A stretch of DNA of 61,922 nucleotides, the filler included, from Globobulimina sp. (Eukaryota), in the NCBI GenBank assembly GCA_003354225.1. It is 26 parts of 26 records of this genome, joined end to end, with 100 filler letters (N's around TTAATTAATTAA, not from the genome) between each part and the next. Parts side by side here need not be neighbours in the genome. Positions count along the whole stretch, not along the records: positions 35,794 to 38,078 come from PIVH01007657.1; positions 38,179 to 40,463 come from PIVH01007658.1; positions 40,564 to 42,848 come from PIVH01007659.1; positions 42,949 to 45,233 come from PIVH01007660.1; positions 45,334 to 47,618 come from PIVH01007661.1; positions 47,719 to 50,002 come from PIVH01007662.1; 20 more parts are not named here. One strand, 5' to 3'. A program made the position numbers and the translations under genes. How positions within the stretch are numbered: the first letter of the stretch is position 1; the number at the start of each line of letters is the position of its first letter. The notes under the pieces are model-generated. The model made no database searches. It worked only from the letters and a program-made list of their open reading frames with translations, and had not been told where the DNA came from. Positions 37,327 to 50,102 of this stretch are shown piece by piece.

Positions 37327-38078
37327 ATGTGGCTTTCTGTGTTGTCTGTTGTAGCTTTGATTAGTACCGCTATATCTCATCAAGGTGATTATCATTCACA
37401 TTTTTCCGTACCAGTAGCAGATGAATGTAAAAGTGTAAATGCATCAGAACCACCACAATGTCCTAATACCATTGGACCGCCATGTTAAGGCTATACACAT
37501 AACTCAATTATTTACTTATTCTAAACATATATAAATAAATATTAATTAAGGTCCACCCTGTTATACAAATTTTGCATCAGATTATAAAACCGGAGATGTG
37601 ATTACATTCGATTCTGGCGAGAAACAATTAATGGAAGAATTTATGGATTGGTATCTCAATTGGTGGCTAATTAATTATCCACCAAATAAAACAGCATCTG
37701 GTTATAATATATTTTTAGGTTCAGCCGGCCGCGGAAACATTTTTTTGAGAGTTTATATGCATAACAAAAACAAGACATTGTTAGATATTGCCAGCCAATA
37801 TATGAGTCATGCAATATCATTGTTGCCCGCTGCCCAAAGACAACAATATGCATCGTATATGTATGGAAACATTGGTGTATGGTTCTTGCAGGCCGTCATT
37901 GATCAGATCAACAGCGATGAAACATCGATGAATCGATATTTATCATTGATTAAAGACACATTTACATCTGTAAATACTGCAATAATTGAAGGCAAATCGC
38001 AATCCTCTGATGGTTTAAATGTGGATGAATGTACATTGGACACTGGTATGGCTGGCATGTTATATGGTGCCCTATTAA
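37327..38078 (+). CDS. LanC-like protein with a signal peptide, 1 intron, 3' partial
   Basis: GxxG repeats IFLGSAG, YMYGNIG and LDTGMAGMLYGAL. N-terminus MWLSVLSVVALISTAIS. Confidence 0.65.
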
Positions 38079-38178
38079 NNNNNNNNNNNNNNNNNNNNNN
38101 NNNNNNNNNNNNNNNNNNNNNNTTAATTAATTAANNNNNNNNNNNNNNNNNNNNNNNNNNNNNNNNNNNNNNNNNNNN

Positions 38179-39494
38179 TTATTTCATGGCGACATAAGAT
38201 GGTTGTTGCAATAATCCACATTCGCCTTTACCGAGGTTGGCATTGCAATTCCTGCACAACAACACATAGCCTTGCATTCCCCACGAAGCACCCCAACTAT
38301 TTTTCACTTTCCAATAATCTTTGTAATATTCTGTGCCGCCTGCATCCGTACCATAGCCCACCACCAATACGCCATGGTCGATCTGCGCGTCACAGCCAGG
38401 CTGCATCACTCCCGATGAATAAAATTGAAATATTGCTTCGTCTGCCTCTATTCCTACGGCTACAGGGCCGCTCATCAATGCTTCTTCCAACGATGACGTA
38501 CTGTCTGCTTTCACATCAATGTATGTAGATATTCCATCATACTTAAAAAAAACAAACAAAAACTATGAATTTATAAACATATGGCAACATAAATACCTTT
38601 GTACCGCATGTGGTTGCTTTGCATGCGCCATTTTTCGCTGTATAACGATATTCCGATTCTGAACATAAGCCACCTTCATCTCGAACATATTTAAATGCAT
38701 AATCCACCAAACCTCCGCCACAACCATTGTTGCCATAACTTGTTGAACAATCCACTAACTGTTGCTCACTGAATACAATTTAATATTAAATCACATACAT
38801 ATAATATATATATTGACGAATTAATTTTTTATTTGATACCTCAATGATGTGATTTTCGAGCCTGTTTGGCCATTTTTTATTGCTCCTCTGGATTCGATAC
38901 AGCCTGTTGCTGCAAACTGTAATTTATATTATCACAAATAAAATAAAATATAATTTAATTGTATATATATTATATATTATACTAAACAGCCCAACAGCTC
39001 CCGCAGCTGCCCTGGTTTTTAACTGGTGTTACATATGAATTTCCATTATGATTTGTCCAATCAATGGAAGCGTTGGCTGCATTTACATTTTTTAGGCCAT
39101 CATTATTGTTATAATCCTTTATATTTACTATATTTTCCTGTAAACAGCGACCACTCTGTCCATTGACATAATATTTAAATTCTTGTTTGGTCAAATCACC
39201 AAATTGATTTAATCTCAAAAGAACGCCATCTTTGGAATTAATATTAAAATCATTAATATATTGCCAGTTTTTTAACCAAATCGAATAACGTTTGTTTTCA
39301 ACAGCTGAATCTGCTGAAGTAGAACCTGCGGAATCTAAATAGGTTTTGTTAAATGCTAATTTCCAGTCATTCCATGAGACTCTATGGTCCACCATATCCC
39401 AATTTGGATTAATTTCCTGTTTCCATTTCCATGAATCACTGCTACCATTACTACTATCAATAACCGCAAAGAGTAAAATTATTATCGACAGCAT
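38179..39494 (-). CDS. Cathepsin L-like papain-family cysteine protease, multi-exon
   Basis: Signal peptide, I29 prodomain (NQFGDLT), [36 protein letters not shown]. Confidence 0.93.
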
Positions 39495-39919
39495 TGTTAT
39501 TGTGTAGTTGCGAAAACTTTGTGTAATTCTTATATTTATTTTATGTGTGTTTGATATCCACGAATCCAACATCGGGGTTGATAATAAGAGGAGAAACGGA
39601 TGAGGCCGGAAACGAAGCAGTCAAAATCTTCTGCCATTACTCAGCACGAATATATGATGAATCACTATGTAAAAAAAACAATGCATTATCATCTTGCTTT
39701 ACTGTAAAAAAGTAATTAAACATAGCTTGTATAATTTTTTTTTTGGTGCTAAATTGCAAATTTCAACGAGAAGGAAACTGACTACAAAAATATTTCCGAT
39801 CTCGTAAATTAATAAATATGCCACATTACAAATAAATAAACAAACAATGCGTTTCTTCTTTTTAAGTCTATGAAATGCATTTAAACTGCTCACAACATAA
39901 CAATTAACAACAAAAGCCA

Positions 39920-40463
39920 TTAACAACCAAAATATGAATCATATAACGTAACTATATCAAAAATAGAGCAGCTGGCATCGCTATCAGTGATATCTGCTAA
40001 TTCTAAATTATCCACATCTGCATCATCCGTATGCTCACTGTCTACGTCTTGTTTGTCTTCCATTAGTTTTATCTCATTTTCATTTAAAACATGTACAGGT
40101 TCCTCATCATCAGAGGACAGACTCTCAACAATGGACAGCGACTCATCGACAGAGGACAACGATCCATACCGATTGCTATTGCTATTTGCAACATGTATGT
40201 TGCTCTGAATTGTAAAGTTGTATTGTTCATCCAATTCCAATTGGAATCTTTGGATTTTATCATTCATTGCCTTACAAACTGTAATCAAATCCATTGGATT
40301 GAGAGTGTTTAAATCAATATCCTTGCCATCATTACATTTAATAAACATATCTCGGAATATCTTGCTCTCATTATTGGGATTCAACAATTCTTTCATAGAT
40401 TGTCGGAATTGAAGTGTATCTGCAATCATCTTATAAAGTTATTTCTTGATTTGTGGCAATTAA
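39920..40463 (-). CDS. Hypothetical acidic protein, 5' partial
   Basis: Open frame of at least 169 aa running from the contig end. Confidence 0.4.
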
Positions 40464-40563
40464 NNNNNNNNNNNNNNNNNNNNNNNNNNNNNNNNNNNNN
40501 NNNNNNNTTAATTAATTAANNNNNNNNNNNNNNNNNNNNNNNNNNNNNNNNNNNNNNNNNNNN

Positions 40564-41362
40564 AGTCACTGTTAATATAATCCGGAAATGTCTCGCTTGA
40601 TTTGCCAATATCAGTTATATATTTCTTTAGCTTTGTACATTTTGCATTTTTTTGAGGTACATACGGGTCACTTTTTATATCGTGAGTATATGAATACAAA
40701 TAATCAACGTTTCCATTATAAATCCACTGTTTGCGTGTTTCTTTGCTGATATTATCGCTATATTTTAAGAAATATGTCATGAAAACAGATGCTGTGGAAT
40801 AAGTTCGCTCTAAATCGTCAGAGATTATCTTGATAAATGGAGTGTTGTTATCTTTATATTTTCTGTGGGTAAATATATCGTCAATAATAGTGTCAACTTC
40901 TTGTTTTGTGAACAAATTTCTTGCTTCATCACCGATATAATAATCACGTACTAATTTAGCATTTTTTTCATGTTGGTGAATAACTTGAGATGTCGACTGA
41001 GAGTCAACGCAATTGACTCCGATGACTTCTTCATTTGGGACATAATTCTTTTGCAAAGACATAAAGCTTTGACCGCCATAATTGCGCGATGTGATTGTGG
41101 TGAAATTACATTTCCATTCAGTATTTGGTATCGATGCGTTGATTTGTGCAAATATTGATTGTACAGAATGATCACCAGTGCGAGAACCGTGTCTTGAAAT
41201 AATATGTACTTGTTCCAGCTTCTTAATTCTGGTTAAATCAAAAGCTGTCAATGAATCATATCGAGGAATATATTTCTCTTTATTACACATTGCAACTTCC
41301 ACATTTGGCGAACAAATGCTATACACCTGGAATAAAAGAAACAGTACAAAAACAGTGGCCAT
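40564..41362 (-). CDS. Secreted histidine acid phosphatase, 3' partial
   Basis: Signal peptide, VHIISRHGSRT (RHGxRx), SDDLERTYSTA. Confidence 0.85.
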
Positions 41363-41471
41363 TCGAATTCTTTGAATGAACCGGTGAGTTTCCGATAGTT
41401 AAACTTTACAAAATTACAAAGTTTTTTTGAGTAAGTTTTAAACTTATTTTATACATAAATCAATTTCATCA

Positions 41472-42830
41472 TTATTCAACTCGCATAACATACATGCTTT
41501 CAATTGCCGCATGATGCATTTTACTGACGACAGGTCGTTTTAATTTCATCGTAGCAGTCAACTCTCCAGTATCGACTCCGAAATCACCATCCAATATCCT
41601 AAAATATTGTATTCGTTGTGCATTACTCACACAATAATCCGGATCTTTATTATATTTATCAATGCCATTTTGTATATACACTTTCCATTTCCCAGATTTC
41701 TTTACATCATCCACAGTCTTACATTTTTCATCCACATCATTGGCTACACCATCCAACTCATTCGAGAACAAACCACTGTCCTTATTTTGTTTCACATTCA
41801 ATGTAATCAACGCAACCAAATATTTCTTGCGATCTCCCACCACCATCACATTACTTATCGCCGGGCATTCTGCTTTCAAGTAATCCTCAATGGGGACCGG
41901 CGCGATATTCTCCCCGCCGGCGGTAATAATCAACTCTTTGATCCGCCCCGTTATCTTCAATATGTTATACCGCTCATCAATCATTCCAACATCACCAGAA
42001 TGCAAATATCCCTCATCATCAATGGCTCGCTTTGTCTTATCCAAATCATACATATAACCCATCATTACGTGCCGGCCACGCATACATATCTCGCCACGTC
42101 CTGCGCTGTCCCGACTGGGATCATTCTGCAACAACGTAGTCACTCCACACATGGGCACACCTACGCTCCCCGTCTGGTGATAATACGGCAAAGCAGTGGT
42201 ATGGACGCCTGTCGCCTCACTCATTCCATACACTTCCAGCACATCAATGCCTAAACTACCCCAAAATTCCAACGTAGCGAGCGAGGTCGGCGCAGCGCCT
42301 ACAAACGTAACCTGTATACGGTCAAAGCCCAAGCCATGTTTCACTTTACTTATTAACAATTTCTCCGCTATGCTGAACCCAAAAGGCCGCACATTGTCCC
42401 CTCCCAATTGTCGCGAATAATATGACTTCAAACACACCGATTTCAGCCAATCTATCAACATTTTCTTCGCTGCCGACGGTGGAGATGCTTTGGTTTTCTT
42501 TATCAGAGCTTCCTGGACCTTTTCCCAGACGCGGGGCACACCGAAAAATAAGGTGGGTCGGGCCGCTTTGAGGGTCGCTCCCAACGTGCCTTTCAATGCA
42601 GTTTTCCGCGCAAAGTACATTTCCCACGATTTGCATTGTAGGAAACTCGCAGTGAATGCCATTGGAATGTAGATGTCTAATAACTGTGCTGCGATATGCG
42701 ATAAAGGCAAATAACTCACCGATGCATGCTGCGACCCATCTTTCTTAAACGTTTTGATATGGTCGACAATTGAACGCGATCCCCATGTAATATTATCATG
42801 TGACATCATGACTGCTTTTGGAGGACCTTG
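41472..42830 (-). CDS. ACSBG: Long-chain fatty acyl-CoA ligase, bubblegum-type, 5' partial
   Basis: PKAVMMSHDNI, SYLPLSHIAAQ, YGMSE, HSGD, ITGRIKELIITAGGENIAP, GELTATMKLKR. Confidence 0.9.
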   Translation of the reverse strand, partial: QGPPKAVMMSHDNITWGSRSIVDHIKTFKKDGSQHASVSYLPLSHIAAQLLDIYIPMAFTASFLQCKSWEMYFARKTALKGTLGATLKAARPTLFFGVPRVWEKVQEALIKKTKASPPSAAKKMLIDWLKSVCLKSYYSRQLGGDNVRPFGFSIAEKLLISKVKHGLGFDRIQVTFVGAAPTSLATLEFWGSLGIDVLEVYGMSEATGVHTTALPYYHQTGSVGVPMCGVTTLLQNDPSRDSAGRGEICMRGRHVMMGYMYDLDKTKRAIDDEGYLHSGDVGMIDERYNILKITGRIKELIITAGGENIAPVPIEDYLKAECPAISNVMVVGDRKKYLVALITLNVKQNKDSGLFSNELDGVANDVDEKCKTVDDVKKSGKWKVYIQNGIDKYNKDPDYCVSNAQRIQYFRILDGDFGVDTGELTATMKLKRPVVSKMHHAAIESMYVMRVE

Positions 42831-42948
42831 GCATATATTATTTTGGTTNNNNNNNNNNNNNNNNNNNNNNNNNNNNNNNNNNNNNNNNNNNNTTAATTAA
42901 TTAANNNNNNNNNNNNNNNNNNNNNNNNNNNNNNNNNNNNNNNNNNNN

Positions 42949-43757
42949 TTTCCCAAACGGGTTTGTTTTTACATATTTTCAGACACTAAACTTGGAACAT
43001 TATACATAACCCTTTTGATCCAAAACGGGATCCAACGAATGGCGAAATAGCCAATCAACAGAATCAAAATGGGAGACACAATGAGCGGCAATAATATCCT
43101 CCCGGCGGTCGGATCTTTCATCGCTTGCAATTCGGACAAGATAATCAATGCAATCACGTCATCCAAGATGGCCGCGGCGATAATCAATTGCCCCGTGGGC
43201 GTGTTTAGGATCTTGGCCTTCTTCAACACATTCAAGGCGATGCCCATGCTCGTGGGCGCAAAACAGGCACCGATGGCGATGCTCGTTTTCACGTCGACCC
43301 CCATGCCTAAATAACTCATACAGAAGCCGAACGACATTGGGATGATGCTGCCCATCACGGCGATGGCCACACCGCGCGGTCCGATCAATTTCAACATACC
43401 GACATCGACATCGATGCCCGCCTCAACCACTAACATTACCAGGCCAATCTCGCCGATTACGATTAAAAAAGCGCTGCCTTCGTCGCCGGCTAAATTCAAT
43501 AAGTGTGGACCCATTATAATGCCAAACACAATCTCGCCCACTAATGCCGGCATCCCTGCTCTCATAAATAACTTGCCGGCGAACCATAAGGACGCCACGA
43601 ATAACATCACCATGTAAACGTGCATGAAGGCGGCGTCCGCGTCATGGCCGCCTTCGGAATGGCTCACCAAATCCGCTAAGGCTGCTTCTGGATCGTCGCA
43701 TAGACCGCTAGAGGTACTATGTTCCGCGGTGCTTAATAGCATTCTAATGGTTGACAT
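42949..43757 (-). CDS. CPA2-family cation/H+ antiporter, 3' partial
   Basis: PALVGEIVFGIIMGP, EAGIDVD, APTSMGI, AAAILDDVIAL. Confidence 0.85.
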
Positions 43758-44080
43758 GATGCCTTGGGGTTGGTGTTATTGGTTGTACGAATGGGTTTGG
43801 ATGGTTTGGGTTGTATATTTTTGGTTTGTTTTTTCACCCTCACGGAAGGATGTTGGTAAAAAGAAGGTTGTTGGGGTTTGGTTTTTGAAAAACTTTTCAG
43901 TAGAATATAGTATGCAGAAATATTCTTATCTTTTTGCGAGGAGAGATTCCGTGAAATATGTTAAGGATTTTGATGCTCGCTTGAATTGCAAGATGACTAA
44001 ATATAATTAGTTATCTTGCAGCAATGCTTTAGGCATAATATTATTTTAACTGAAAAACCTAGACTCAAAATCTGTCTCAA

Positions 44081-45233
44081 ATGAATGGCACTCAATTTGA
44101 CGAATTTACTACCACATTTATTGAACCGTGGGATGAGACTGCTTCATGGCTATATTTCCTATTTTATGCAGTCGCCACTATAGTAACAATCATTATATTC
44201 ACCTTACATTCATACAATTTGATATCAGATTTGTTTTCAAAACCCAGATCATCCGTAAAACACCGCAGAATTAAACCAAAACTAACATTTAAATATAAAT
44301 CAACAAATTATCTCACTCATTTATGTATCTTTCTCTATCTCATATATTTAATCGTATGTACAGTTCAAATGACAGACTCAAATTATGAACAATGTATAAT
44401 CACAACATGTATGTATCTCATATATATATAATGTATGTACAAAAAACAAACACAAATTACAGATTTGTGGACATATCCATGGTTGTTATCAAAGGCCACT
44501 ATGTATTGTATATTCTTACTCCGTTTAGGTTGCACCAGAAACATTTTATATCTTCCAATCATATCTCCATTGCAATATAAAATTGGAAGATGTAAAATGT
44601 ATCAACACAACATATACCAAACAGACATTGTGTATTCCGCATCAGTCTATGGTTACAACCAATATTTCTTATACTCGTTAATGACATTTGTTGTGATCGC
44701 AAGTATTTCCTTGAGCTCTTTGTTAGTCTCCAAGCTATCCATCGAGGAATCAATATTTTTAACTGACAATGACCAATTACCAAATCCCTGTTTTGTGTAC
44801 TATCCATATTGGGGATACACAGCTTTTTTAGGTAACAATCCATATCAAAATGTTGCATTACATACATGAATAAATATGTAATTCATCAACATTTTGAGCT
44901 GAATTGTTACTCAAAGTTTACGATTTTAGTGCAAATGTAATGTGTTTAATATTATTTATTGTGCCATTGACCAGAGCTGTACGCTCAATACATGGCAGCG
45001 ATGGCAGTTGTAATACGCATCGAGCATCGGATAAAATGATATATGTCGGCATTAAATTATTGATTGTGACTGCTGTCTGTGTGTGTACCACAGTGTTAAC
45101 ATTGTCGTTGTTGTCACGTGGATATTTAGGATTTATTTGTGGCGTTGATGTGGTCGTTAATTGTATTTGTGTTTTGTTAATGACTGCTTATTATCCGGAC
45201 CATGTGTATTATGAACGATTGTGCTGTTTCTGT
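44081..45233 (+). CDS. GPCR-like multi-TM protein, multi-exon
   Basis: Three consecutive ORFs interrupted by short GT-AG introns; together they give about 7 hydrophobic segments. Confidence 0.55.
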
Positions 45234-45448
45234 NNNNNNNNNNNNNNNNNNNNNNNNNNNNNNNNNNNNNNNNNNNNTTAATTAATTAANNNNNNNNNNN
45301 NNNNNNNNNNNNNNNNNNNNNNNNNNNNNNNNNTTTTCAATATATGATCAGAATCCTAAGGGAAACTTCGCAGTCTAATATATATATTAGCTGTATAATA
45401 TATAATATTAGTACTAATATGCGTACCTCTTATCGGGAACACTACTGT

Positions 45449-45700
45449 ACAACAAGGTATACAACAAGGTATACAACAAGGTAAACAACAAGGTATACAA
45501 CAAGGTATACAACAAGGTAAACAACTAGGTATACAACAAGGTAAACAACAAGGTAAACAACAAGGTATACAACTAGGTAAACAACTAGGTAAACAACTAG
45601 GTATACAACTAGGTATACAACTAGGTATACAACAAGGTATACAATTAGGTATACAACTAGGTATACAACAAGGTATACAACTAAGGTAAACAACAAGGTA
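45449..45700. repeat. Tandem array of about 21 copies of a 12-bp unit ACAAC(A/T)AGGTA(T/A)
   Basis: Directly visible. It generates the spurious (YLVV)n and (PCCI)n ORFs. Confidence 0.95.
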
Positions 45701-45738
45701 TGCAACCATCACTTGGAAAAAAAGTATAACCGAAACAT

Positions 45739-45820
45739 GGGTTTATGTAAAAAGTATATGGAACTAGGGATTTATGTAAAAAGTATATGGAACTAGGGGT
45801 TTTTGTAAAAAAGTATATGA
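45739..45820. repeat. About 2.7 copies of a 29-bp unit TTTATGTAAAAAGTATATGGAACTAGGG(A/G)
   Basis: Directly visible next to the 12-bp array. Confidence 0.85.
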
Positions 45821-45968
45821 TATGACATATAGTATATCATAAACAAGGGTAATAGTATATCAGAAACACCGTGATATCAACTCCGGAACTACAACGACAA
45901 CAACACCAACAAATATAAAAAGTATATGCAAAATAAAAATATAAGTATAGTATATATAAAAAAGTATA

Positions 45969-46277
45969 ATGGCATCAACTTATATTTGTAGAGGTTGTGG
46001 AGCAACAGTGGGTAAAACTAACAGTAAGCATAAGAGGACAAAAAAACATATAAGGAAATCTATATTTGTTGATGAAAACGATATTTGTAATAGAGGTCGG
46101 ACATACGATTTGATAATTGGAAAGTATAACCCTTTTGAGATAAATTGGGAATACGAGCATCTACGACATATTATTATTGATGTGTTGGATATAGAATTTG
46201 CTTCGGACACGGAACACCAAGATGATAGTGAGGATGATAGTGAGGATGATAGTGATGATGATAGTGATGATGAATAA
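45969..46277 (+). CDS. Small protein with a C2H2-like zinc finger and acidic tail
   Basis: YICRGCG...SKHKRTKKH; C-terminal DDSEDDSEDDSDDDSDDE. Confidence 0.6.
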   Translation: MASTYICRGCGATVGKTNSKHKRTKKHIRKSIFVDENDICNRGRTYDLIIGKYNPFEINWEYEHLRHIIIDVLDIEFASDTEHQDDSEDDSEDDSDDDSDDE

Positions 46278-46402
46278 AAAGTATATTGTATTTTTATATT
46301 TTCCCCATCGTAAATAATATATTAAAAAAAGTATAAAAAAAGGGGTTAGGTAACCGGAGTATCCAAAAGGGTATTACATATATGGAGAGTCTGGTTACTT
46401 AA

Positions 46403-47618
46403 TTACATCAAACATTTTAATGAACATTCATATAATATAATATTATGTACCGAATCATCACCCACTTTTTCCAGATCACCAACTATTTTCAATTTAAAAC
46501 TACTACTAATTTGTGTAACTTTTCCATTAACTTTTTTTAATTTTCGATTATTTCTTATCATCTTACTAAAGCCGAAATTATACAGGGCCTTATTTATAAT
46601 ACATTGTATTATTTTTGGACTTGCAACAGTATCCTCATTAATTGTAGATGGCTTAGTTCCTAAATATCTTGAAATATCTGCATCCATTTTCATAATAAGT
46701 TCTTTTTTATTGAGTAAGGCTGCTCCAGTTATTGACCAATTATTATCCAATGTATTTTTCATTCCTAATATTTCCTTCAATTTATTAATTATCTCTAATT
46801 TTTTAAAAGTTAAATTACATTTCTCAATATAAAATCTATTTTCATATTCATAAGCCATAATATCTCCATCTTCCATAAATTCATATTTGATATTATAAAA
46901 TTTCGATCTATTGTATAACCAATCGTTCCATAGATCTGAACACTTCCCATGCAAATTATTCTTATGAAAAAAATGTTTTATTAAATATTTTTGAACTTCA
47001 AGTTTTTCCATCCCATCTAATCCAATTGTCCTTTTCTTTTCATATTCATATTCATTATATAATTCATACGAAATATCATTAATACATTCATACGAAATAC
47101 TGTCTAATTTCATTTTTTTAAATTTATTATTATTATTCAGTAATTCCATATTATAACCAATTTCGTTATAATAATAAATTAGCATTTTTTTATAAAATTT
47201 CCTACTAATCGAGGATTCCAAAGCATTAACAAATATAGTATGTTTAGCCCAATCTTCCATTTCTTTCCAATTTTCAACATCAAAATTTAACTTTTTTTTA
47301 TTTTTATTAATATATTCTTTAATACATTCCACTTTTTTATCATATTTATTGTAATAACCACCAATAGTTGGACAAAAATCATTACTTTGTGAACCATTTA
47401 CAACCAAATATACTAAATTACTTTTTAATTTTCGAACTCTAACAGTTGCTTGAGCTACATCTCGAGCAATAGCACAATTTGCTTGTCCATATATAAATGC
47501 ACAATCAAAATGTTCAATGTTAAAATCGATTCCAATAGTAATAGTAGTTGAAGTCAAAAGCATATCAACTAACCATTCGATATTAACATTTTTTATTTCA
47601 TTTTTAACATAACCGTGA
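46403..47618 (-). CDS. Replication origin-binding protein-like (UL9-type SF2 helicase), C-terminal part, 5' partial
   Basis: Motif V-like TSTTITIGIDFNIEHFD and motif VI-like RDVAQATVRVRKL. Intronless and very AT-rich. Confidence 0.7.
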
Positions 47619-47718
47619 NNNNNNNNNNNNNNNNNNNNNNNNNNNNNNNNNNNNNNNNNNNNTTAATTAATTAANNNNNNNNNNNNNNNNNNNNNNNNNN
47701 NNNNNNNNNNNNNNNNNN

Positions 47719-50002
47719 TTTAATAATGGAGTAGATTCAGAGACAAATTTACTTGTCTTGATTTTATCATATTTAATTTTTCTATATTGAGAATTGGAAG
47801 GATAGAAACACAAATAATACATAAATAAAAATAAAGCAACAACAATGAATAAAACAACTCCAATAATTGCATATTTATTATCTATTGACAGCTTTGCTTT
47901 TGCCTCAGAATAAGCAGCAGATTCATCCGCGTCCTCTGCTAATTCATCAAAATAACTTTGTTCAAATCGTGCTACACAGGTTTCCACATCACAGACACCA
48001 ATCATTTGCGTGTCTAAATCGCACAATAAATATCCATTAATATTTTGCGCATTAATATTGGCATTATCATTCAACACATATTGTGTATTATAATTATTGT
48101 CAAACACAGAACACGCCATCGGTATTTTATTGGGCAAATAGTTCTGCGCCGGTTTCAAATCCGCTAATTGCAATTTCGCGCCAGCAATAACATTATTTAT
48201 ATTGATATTCTCCGAGAATACAATATCTTGACTCCCTTTAAACAACGCAATGCCAGTCGCAAACCCATAATACGTCGTCAATTTATCCACATTGATGTTG
48301 GACAACTTGCCATTAAACGACTGCGTGATGGTAATGCCGTATCCCTCCGTGCCGGTATAGCCCGCCGTAATCAGTGGGTCCTGATGCGCATTGCCCTGCG
48401 TATAGGCACCGCAAAGTGTCGGTGTTTCTATGCCCAAAACGCCGCTATTTAATAGATTCACAATCTGCACATTATCAATCTCGAAGTCAACGATGTTATC
48501 GATCCGTAAGCCAATCACTCCCTTATTTATATGCAACTGTATATCCGTATTGCATCCGCCATAATAGTCACTGCCAAAGGCCTCCCCATCCAAGGCCCAC
48601 GACATGAGGCCCTCATCGAAACAGGTATGGTCCAACACATACCACGACTTCTCAAACTCACTCATCACAATCTGGACATCGCTGAACGCGGTCCCTACGT
48701 ACACCGACGATGCGATCTCCTCAAACTGGTCCACTACCTTCATAATATCAAACACGTCGGCCACGGGTCCCCGCGTAGCGCCGCCTAACTCATTCGTTTT
48801 GAATTTGAGCTTCTCAATGGGCGAGATGTGCAAATCATGAATGCTCACATTGCTGATATTGGCGTTGGTGGACAGTGCGGGCGCATTACCAAAGCCCATC
48901 ACAGCGCCGCCGCGCGAATTTAGCAATATGCCATACACCACACCGCCGTCACCATAGCCCTCCACACTCGGATTCAGAAATAGGTCCTCCACTCTCTCGT
49001 TGGTAATGTCCACGCCATTAATGATGTAATTATACACAGCGTCCATTTGCGAGATCAGCTCGTCCACATATTGCCGGACCGTGGCGGCTTCGCGGCCATA
49101 GAATGTAAACGATTCGTCGCCGTACACATCCGCCAAATGCTTGTATCTGCGCAATAATACGCGAGCGTGTAGATACCTGCCAGTGACTAGGATCTCTGTC
49201 GAGGACGGCCCGATGTCGCAATTCTCGATTCGCGCATTTTCAAAGCCATTCAATTGGATGCCAGCCACATCAAAACTATGTATTTGCAAGTTTGACAGTA
49301 TGATATTATTGGCGTCGTTGCCATGAATGCCGTGGTGCGAGGCACGGCCAATAATCCCATTTCGTATAATCACATTAGTGGCAGAATCCAAATACGGTCC
49401 AAAATCCACCGGACCCTGTCCAGAGACGAAATTCTTTGCGGCCAATTCAATGATACTAAATACGCGTTGTTGCAGATAAAATTCAGCAGTCATCGCAATC
49501 TCAAAGCCATTCAGATCCAAAACAACATCATTTGTTTCGATGGTGATGGCAGCAAAGAAGCCCAACTGATATGGCCCCGACCAGGTGGAGGAACCCATGT
49601 ATTTGTCGTCTTGCGAGCCATCTTGCTTTGGCATCCAATGCAAATCATCGTAGTTATTCGGACTAAAATTGACATCATTCCTCTCCGCTTCGCTCGGCGC
49701 GTTGAAGTTTATCATTATATCTTCTGTCAACATATAAATGCCCGCCTTTGTTATGCGGTATGTGCCGGCCACGAAGTCATCATTGGATAAATAAATAACA
49801 ACATCCGAATCTGTATCAGTATCAGTATCGCTGCCGTCGGTGCTCGTTTCTCTTGCAGTGACCGCTAAAATATCCGTTTCAAAGTTCAATGTATTCATTT
49901 GGTGGATCCGTATATCGTTATCTTGCGGTTTGTAGCAAGTACAAAACTGTCCGTTTGTGCCAATGGACGGCTTCAAGTTGTCATTATTCCCCGTACACTG
50001 AT
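47719..50002 (-). CDS. Right-handed parallel beta-helix protein with a C-terminal TM anchor, partial
   Basis: GTYRITKAGIYMLTEDI, VVLDLNGFEI, HHGIHGN, repeated I.N..I motifs, TM helix near the end. Confidence 0.7.
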
Positions 50003-50102
50003 NNNNNNNNNNNNNNNNNNNNNNNNNNNNNNNNNNNNNNNNNNNNTTAATTAATTAANNNNNNNNNNNNNNNNNNNNNNNNNNNNNNNNNNNNNNNNNN
50101 NN

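Noticed and set aside
45356-45712. Cys-rich (PCCI)n and (YLVV)n ORFs; CRISPR-like appearance
   Set aside because: These are translations of a 12-bp tandem repeat. There are no unique spacers and no cas genes.
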